64,000 nucleotides of DNA from Chloroflexota bacterium (lineage in GTDB: Bacteria; Chloroflexota; Dehalococcoidia; Lucifugimonadales; Australimonadaceae). The position numbers were made by a program, and so were the translations under genes. The notes under the pieces are model-generated. The model ran no database searches and was not told the origin of the DNA. It saw only the letters and a program-made list of their open reading frames with translations. Below are positions 58,430-64,000 of the stretch, one piece after another. The first letter of the stretch is position 1; every line of letters begins with the position of its first letter. The DNA lies in contig JAQCEV010000001.1 of the NCBI GenBank assembly GCA_027618515.1, positions 3,005-67,004 on the forward strand, read 5' to 3'.

Positions 58430-58855
58430 CTAGAAAGGCAGGTCATCGGGGGTGGAGGCTTCGCGAGGGTCAGCCGCAGCTCCCCCTCCGCCACCAAACT
58501 CCGCACCGCCTTGCTCATCACCGCCAGCTCGATCTAGGAAGATGATCCGGCTAGCGATGATCTCGTTCGTGAAGCGGGCCTGTCCGTCATTACCTTGGAA
58601 GGTATTGCTGTGCAGACGCCCTTCGACGAATGCGCGCTGGCCTTTGCTCAGGTATTGGTTAACCTGCTCCGCAAGGCTGCTCCACGCAACAACGGTGAAC
58701 CATTCAGTCTCCTGCTTGCGTTCACCGTCTTGGCCGCTGTAGCTACGACTCGTGGCTATCCTGAACGACGTGACAGGGCTGCCGTTGGGGGTGTACCGCA
58801 TCTCTGGGTCCGTCCCAACGTTCCCGATCACCATCATCTTGTTCAGGCCAGCCAT
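58430..58855 (-). CDS. ssb: Single-stranded DNA-binding protein
   Basis: LNKMMVIGNVGTDPEMRYTPNG, VEGRL and the DDLPF tail. Confidence 0.98.
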   Translation of the reverse strand: MAGLNKMMVIGNVGTDPEMRYTPNGSPVTSFRIATSRSYSGQDGERKQETEWFTVVAWSSLAEQVNQYLSKGQRAFVEGRLHSNTFQGNDGQARFTNEIIASRIIFLDRAGGDEQGGAEFGGGGGAAADPREASTPDDLPF

Positions 58856-58861
58856 AGTTCG

Positions 58862-59140
58862 CTAGTCCTGTCGGATCAGCAGGTGGCGCATCACATCGTC
58901 AGTAAGCTTGAGGCCAGCCTCAAGATCCTTGGACTCTGGTGCTTCCATGCTGAGGTGGGCTAGATGGTAGTTCGCCTCGGATCGGTTGCCTATCTTGTAG
59001 GCAAGCTTCCGGCGGCCCCAGCTATCTTCGTCCACCACTTCGCCGGTGCCGATCAAGCGACGAACACGATCCATGACCGCGCCAACTCGCTCTTCGTCGA
59101 CTTCCGCTTCGAGCATTAGTACAAGCTCGTATTGCCTCAA
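58862..59140 (-). CDS. rpsF: 30S ribosomal protein S6
   Basis: MRQYEL, WGRRKLAYKI and VMRHL motifs; rpsF-ssb-rpsR synteny. Confidence 0.97.
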   Translation of the reverse strand: MRQYELVLMLEAEVDEERVGAVMDRVRRLIGTGEVVDEDSWGRRKLAYKIGNRSEANYHLAHLSMEAPESKDLEAGLKLTDDVMRHLLIRQD

Positions 59141-59268
59141 TGTTTCTCCCCGTCCGCTTCTAGCCGCTTCTGTTACGCCTGCGGCTTATTCTGCCGCACG
59201 AATGGCGAGTATATCAGCGAGACCTCTGCGCCTCAACGTTCGCGGGCGTTTCCTATTCAAACCCGGTC

Positions 59269-60561
59269 TTACGTGTCCAATCCCGGGACTGGGAATCCGC
59301 TCGTCAGGGCGAGGACAGCCTCGCGCACTTCGGCCTCGGCGACCTCGTCACCTCGGTGATTCAGCGCCTTGATGATGAGCTCGCCCACCTGACGGGTCTC
59401 TGCTTCACGGAAGCCTCTGGTGGTGATGCTAGGAGTTCCAAGCCGCAGGCCGCTGGTAACGCGGAACGGCTGCGGGTCGTTGGGGATCGCGTTCTTGTTG
59501 ACGGTGATACCTACACGCCCCAGGACATCTTCAGCTTCAACGCCGGTGATCTCAAGCGCACGCAGATCCACCAACATCAGGTGGTTGTCGGTCCCACCGG
59601 AGACGATGCGAAGGCCAGCCTCCTCCAACGTGGCGGCCAACGTTTTGGCGTTCGACACGACAGCCTGGCCGTATTCCTTGAAATCCGGGCGCAACGCCTC
59701 GCCGAAACACACCGCCTTGGCGGCGATAGCGTGCATCAGCGGCCCGCCCTGTGCGTAGGGGAATACGGCACGATCGACGTTCCGGCGGTGGCTTTCAGTG
59801 GACATGATGAAGGCGCCACGAGGGCCCCTCAACGACTTGTGCGTCGTGGAAGTCACGACCTGGGCGTAGGGCACGGGAGACTGGTGAACGCGCGCCGCGA
59901 TCAACCCAGATATGTGCGCCATGTCCACCATGAGGATCGCGCCGACCTCTTCTGCGATCTGACCGAAGCGCTCAAAGTCGATACTGCGGGAGTAGGCGGT
60001 GTAGCCAGCGACGATGACCTTGGGTCGGTGCTCTCGGGCCATCACGGCGATGGCGTCGTAGTCCAGTTGTTCGGTTTCAGGGTCGAGGCCGTACGCAACG
60101 AAGTTGTACAGCTTGGAGGAGAAGTTGACGGGACTACCGTGGGTCAGGTGACCACCTTGGTCCAGCCGGAGCCCCATGACAGTGTCACCCAACGACAGGA
60201 GAGCCGCGTAGGCTTCCATGTTCGCTGACGCGCCGGAATGCGGCTGCACGTTGACGTGTTCGGCGCCGAACAACTCTTTAGCACGGTCGATCGCGAGTTG
60301 CTCCGCGATGTCTACGTACTCACAGCTGCCGTAATACCGGGCCCCTGGATAGCCTTCGGCGTATTTGTTGGTCAAAGGAGAGCCTTGTGCCTCCATGACG
60401 GCCGCGCTTGCGTAGTTCTCGGAAGCGATGAGGACAACGTTGTCTCTCTGTCGCTGGGTCTCCAACTCGATCGCTCGCGCGATCTCGGGGTCGCGGTCGG
60501 CCAATGCACCCACTCTGGCATCCTCCTGCGTGTCATAAGGAAAGGGACTCGGGGTGACCAT
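59269..60561 (-). CDS. glyA: Serine hydroxymethyltransferase
   Basis: [34 protein letters not shown] and SGLRLGTP motifs. Confidence 0.98.
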   Translation of the reverse strand: MVTPSPFPYDTQEDARVGALADRDPEIARAIELETQRQRDNVVLIASENYASAAVMEAQGSPLTNKYAEGYPGARYYGSCEYVDIAEQLAIDRAKELFGAEHVNVQPHSGASANMEAYAALLSLGDTVMGLRLDQGGHLTHGSPVNFSSKLYNFVAYGLDPETEQLDYDAIAVMAREHRPKVIVAGYTAYSRSIDFERFGQIAEEVGAILMVDMAHISGLIAARVHQSPVPYAQVVTSTTHKSLRGPRGAFIMSTESHRRNVDRAVFPYAQGGPLMHAIAAKAVCFGEALRPDFKEYGQAVVSNAKTLAATLEEAGLRIVSGGTDNHLMLVDLRALEITGVEAEDVLGRVGITVNKNAIPNDPQPFRVTSGLRLGTPSITTRGFREAETRQVGELIIKALNHRGDEVAEAEVREAVLALTSGFPVPGLDT

Positions 60562-60658
60562 CAGCACACTGTAGCGATGGCCAGCGCGGACAAGCGCGGA
60601 TATGCGATCCGCAGCGCCTGGAGTTTATCGGAGGCGTAGCCCTACCAACAAGCAGGGA

Positions 60659-61303
60659 TCAAACGTCTCGCGCGAACGTGTAGCAGTGAACCGCGAGTGC
60701 ACCCGCAGCTTTGAGCGCCGCAGCAGCCGCATCCAGCGTCGCCCCGGTGGTCATGACATCGTCAACCAACGCCACGCGTAGTCCGGCGACTGCCGTCGAG
60801 GACAGGAATGCCGATCTCACGTTGGCCTGACGCGCCGCGACATCCTTCGCCTCAACCTGTCGGCCTGACTGGTGCTTTCTCGTGAGCCAGGTCGGCTCGA
60901 AGGGAACGTCGATCTGCTCGGCGATACTTCTGCCCAACAGGGTCGCTTGGTTGTAGCCGCGCTCGCGCAGCCGAGATCGATGCAACGGCACCGGTACGAC
61001 AGCATCAAGTGCCAGCGATGCCGAGATGCCTCTGGCCATGGGTACGGCCATGTACGCGGCGATGGCACGCACGTTCCTGAACTTAAGCTGATGCACAGCG
61101 TCGCGAGCAATGCCGTCGTAGACAACGGCCGAGGTCACGCCGTCGAACGCGTAGCCATCTGCTGCGATCGTCCTCGGGTGTGGTACCTCCATCGAGTCGA
61201 CGCACGAGTCGCACAGGTAGGTTCGGGCCTTCCCGCAGCCGACGCATCGCGCGGGCAGCACCAATTCCAATGCCCGTTGGAATGTCTGTCGTAGCAGAGT
61301 CAT
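60659..61303 (-). CDS. comF: ComF/ComFC family protein (Zn ribbon plus PRTase)
   Basis: CVGC...CDSC, VPVPLH..R..ERGYNQA and LVDDVMTTGATL motifs. Confidence 0.93.
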   Translation of the reverse strand: MTLLRQTFQRALELVLPARCVGCGKARTYLCDSCVDSMEVPHPRTIAADGYAFDGVTSAVVYDGIARDAVHQLKFRNVRAIAAYMAVPMARGISASLALDAVVPVPLHRSRLRERGYNQATLLGRSIAEQIDVPFEPTWLTRKHQSGRQVEAKDVAARQANVRSAFLSSTAVAGLRVALVDDVMTTGATLDAAAAALKAAGALAVHCYTFARDV

Positions 61304-61336
61304 GAGTCCGTCCCTCGTGGTACCGTTGACGGCAGG

Positions 61337-62065
61337 ATGATACGAGCAGTTTTCTTCGATTTCTACGGAACCCTGGCAGGGTGGGAACCCGCTGCCGGGG
61401 ACATTCAACGCAAATCAGCCGCCGCTGAGGGGCTGGACGTGGACGCGGACGCTATCGAACGCGCCTACCCTACCGCCAACGCGCTCCTCGACCGCGAGAA
61501 CGCGGTGCAACGATTGGCGTCACGAACGCCAGAGCAGCGGGAGGCTTTTCTCGCCGAGTACGAACAAACTCTTCTGGCAACGGCAGGTTACGACGTGTCG
61601 CTTGAGACCGCGCGAGCGATCTGGTTGCGAGTTCGCTCTGCACCCAAAGAACTCGCTCTCTACCCCGACGCGCGATCGACGCTGGAGGAATTGCGAACCG
61701 CTGGCTTCATCCTAGGCGTCATCTCCAATATGGGCACCGACCTCCCCGATTACCTTGACCATATGGGGATCGCAGGGCTCATCAAGGCATCTGTATCAAG
61801 CGGCGAGGTAGGAGTCGCGAAGCCTCACCCGGCGGTGTTCGAGGCAGCGCTTCGCAAGGTTGACGTTGTCGCCCGTGAGGCGCTCCACGTGGGCGACGGC
61901 TACGAGTCTGACGTGCTCGGTGCAGCAGCAGCGGGACTCGGCGCACTGTACCTACAGAGGGATGCGGACGTCTCAGAGCCTGGGGCGCATGCTGTGGTCA
62001 GGAGCCTCAGCGAAGTACCCGCGCACGTGCGTGAGCTAAATAGCAGTGCATCTCCTCCCCTCTAA
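61337..62065 (+). CDS. HAD-superfamily hydrolase
   Basis: FFDFYGTL, ISN, KPHP..F and HVGDGYESDV motifs. Confidence 0.93.
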   Translation: MIRAVFFDFYGTLAGWEPAAGDIQRKSAAAEGLDVDADAIERAYPTANALLDRENAVQRLASRTPEQREAFLAEYEQTLLATAGYDVSLETARAIWLRVRSAPKELALYPDARSTLEELRTAGFILGVISNMGTDLPDYLDHMGIAGLIKASVSSGEVGVAKPHPAVFEAALRKVDVVAREALHVGDGYESDVLGAAAAGLGALYLQRDADVSEPGAHAVVRSLSEVPAHVRELNSSASPPL

Positions 62066-62167
62066 GCGGCGAGGTACGCAGGCTACGTGTGGTAATCTGG
62101 AGAGGCAGCGAACGCGATTGCGCATGGATCGCTGCCCCCACCATTCTTACGACAGACGGGACACTTT

Positions 62168-62509
62168 ATGGCTTATCAGGTCTATTTCGCCGAACTTGCA
62201 GAAGAGAACAAGGCACTTATGCTCACGATTCTCAAGCTGAAAGAAGAAGCTGACGCTCTTGAGCCCGGCGAGGCTGAGTTGCTCTTCTCGCTACGTGGGA
62301 CTTCGACGCCAACGGTGCTCCCTCCGGAGGAGCAGCCCTCCCGCCAGCGGCCCGGTGGTGGTGGTGGTGGCGGCGGTGGCAACCGACGCGGCTCCGGTCG
62401 ACGCGGCGGCCAGCGCCCAAGCTCCGCCAATGGCGGTAGCGGCGGCAATAGTGGAGGCGGAAGCGGCAGTGGTGGCGGAAGCGGCAGCGGCGGCGGCAGC
62501 AACAACTAG
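62168..62509 (+). CDS. Hypothetical protein: short helical domain plus Gly/Arg/Ser-rich tail
   Basis: Ordered-looking N-terminal half; low-complexity GGGGNRRGSGRRGG tail; fills the gap between the HAD gene and mfd. Confidence 0.65.
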   Translation: MAYQVYFAELAEENKALMLTILKLKEEADALEPGEAELLFSLRGTSTPTVLPPEEQPSRQRPGGGGGGGGGNRRGSGRRGGQRPSSANGGSGGNSGGGSGSGGGSGSGGGSNN

Positions 62510-62528
62510 GCTGCCGCGATACCCGCGC

Positions 62529-64000
62529 TCAGCCCCTGATGCCCTGTTTGGCCATCTCTGGCACGCGTTGCTGGAACTCCGATAGCAGTGCCAGTACTTC
62601 AAGCAACGCTTGCCCCCAAGGGACATCCCCGCCTGCGACCGGCATGTGGATCTGTTGATTCCCAACCGACGTCCTGTGACGCAGCGCTCGCTCCAACGGA
62701 ATGCGAGCGCCACCCACCTGGTCGATCAGCCTCAACGTAACGTGATCCGAACGCCGCACGATGGACGCCACGCGCGCCTCTTTGGCGAATAGCTTCACGC
62801 GCACGCCATAGATCAGGTGATGCACAGCGTCCGGTAGCTGATGACCGAACCGCTCTTCGAACTCTCGCGGCAGCTCGTCGATCTCTTCGAGGGTCTGCGC
62901 TTTCGCCAGGCGCTGGTACATGGCCATGCGCGTGGGCATATGCGGCACCAGATCTTCCGGGATGGACGCGGGCAACCCAAGGTCGATAACCGGATCGCCA
63001 ACTTCCGGTTCCAGCGCGGGGCCATCACCGGTCGCCGCACGAAGCTCCGACACAGCCTGGCTCAATAGGCGCGTATACAGATCGAACCCGACCGCGTGGA
63101 TATGGCCGCTCTGCTCGGCGCCCAAGATATTTCCAGCACCCCGGATCTCCAGATCTTTCATGGCGATCCGGAACCCCGCTCCAAGCTCCGTCGCCGCGAC
63201 GATCGTCTGCAAGCGACGTTGCGCTTGGTCGGTCAGGCGACGCCCACGCTCGACGAGCAGGTAGGCGTACGCACGTTGCGAACTGCGCCCAATGCGCCCA
63301 CGAAGTTGGTAGAGCTGAGCCAGTCCGAAGTTCCCCGCACGCTCCACGATCATGGTGTTGGCTGCGGGGATATCCAACCCGGACTCGATGATCGTCGTAC
63401 AGACGAGAACGTCGGCCTCACCGTCGGAGAATCGCTCCATGACTTGAGACAAGTCGTCCTCGTGCATCTGGCCGTGGCCCACGATCACTCGCGCCTCCGG
63501 CACCAGCGTCCGTATCTTGTCGGCGGTCAGGTCGATGTCCTGCACGCGGTTGTGCAGGTAATACACCTGCCCTTCCCTATCGAGCTCGCGCAAGATGGCC
63601 TCGCGGATCAGATCATCCGACATCTCTGCGAGATACGTCTTGATGGGCAGACGCTCTTCCGGCGGCGTCTCGATCGTTGAGATGTCACGTATGCCAGCGA
63701 GCGCCATGTGCAACGTGCGCGGGATCGGCGTAGCGGTCAGCGTGAGCACGTCGACCTCTTGCCGCATCTCCTTCATCCGCTCCTTGTGGCCCACACCGAA
63801 CCGGTGCTCCTCATCGATGATCACGAGCCCCAGGTCCTTGAACGACACGTCCTTCTGCACCAAACGGTGCGTGCCCACCACGATATCCACGTCGCCCGAC
63901 GCCAGGCGCGCGATGATCGCGTCCGCCTCTTTGGGCGTCCGGAAGCGACTGAGCATCTCAACGGTGATCGGGTACGGCTCAAGCCGCTCGGACAACGTGA
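62529..64000 (-). CDS. mfd: Transcription-repair coupling factor (3' part, truncated by the window edge)
   Basis: IDEEHRFGV, TATPIPRTL, GLAQLYQLRGRIGRS, DLEIRGAGNILG and the TRCF domain. Confidence 0.98.
   Translation of the reverse strand, partial: TLSERLEPYPITVEMLSRFRTPKEADAIIARLASGDVDIVVGTHRLVQKDVSFKDLGLVIIDEEHRFGVGHKERMKEMRQEVDVLTLTATPIPRTLHMALAGIRDISTIETPPEERLPIKTYLAEMSDDLIREAILRELDREGQVYYLHNRVQDIDLTADKIRTLVPEARVIVGHGQMHEDDLSQVMERFSDGEADVLVCTTIIESGLDIPAANTMIVERAGNFGLAQLYQLRGRIGRSSQRAYAYLLVERGRRLTDQAQRRLQTIVAATELGAGFRIAMKDLEIRGAGNILGAEQSGHIHAVGFDLYTRLLSQAVSELRAATGDGPALEPEVGDPVIDLGLPASIPEDLVPHMPTRMAMYQRLAKAQTLEEIDELPREFEERFGHQLPDAVHHLIYGVRVKLFAKEARVASIVRRSDHVTLRLIDQVGGARIPLERALRHRTSVGNQQIHMPVAGGDVPWGQALLEVLALLSEFQQRVPEMAKQGIRG

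Overview
A high-GC (roughly 64%) bacterial core-genome window. Gene content and sequence style point to Chloroflexota, class Dehalococcoidia (SAR202-like); this is an inference from the Rieske/PPOX/TPP/SDR paralogs, the T-box-controlled type-2 ileS and the rpmH-rnpA-yidD-propeller-yidC-jag operon. About 60 CDS are present, mostly housekeeping (plsX, fabG, rsgA, ilvE, rph, ileS, purF, tsaD, tilS, folE, thrC, hom, rpsF-ssb-rpsR, glyA, mfd) plus competence genes (comEA, comEC, comF). I found no rRNA, tRNA, CRISPR array, IS element or prophage. Main points of interest: (1) a mycothiol-like cluster (MshA-like GT4, MshD-like tandem GNAT, PIG-L deacetylase) with no MshC in the window but a FemAB/CelD-type GNAT coupled to mshA, possibly an undescribed low-molecular-weight thiol or glycoside pathway; (2) an archaeal-type PurO IMP cyclohydrolase; (3) an intact NAPRTase-fold ORF that has lost its catalytic motifs, next to a GalT/HIT-like and GT2 pair; (4) an XRE-HTH plus DUF2851 module behind a palindromic operator; (5) an uncalled Cys/His small protein, and probably rnpA, starting at ATC; (6) a beta-propeller lipoprotein inside the yidC operon; (7) an in-frame amber in comEC and a frameshift in a 3-hydroxyacyl-CoA dehydrogenase. 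All family calls are by motif recognition by eye; no database search was run.
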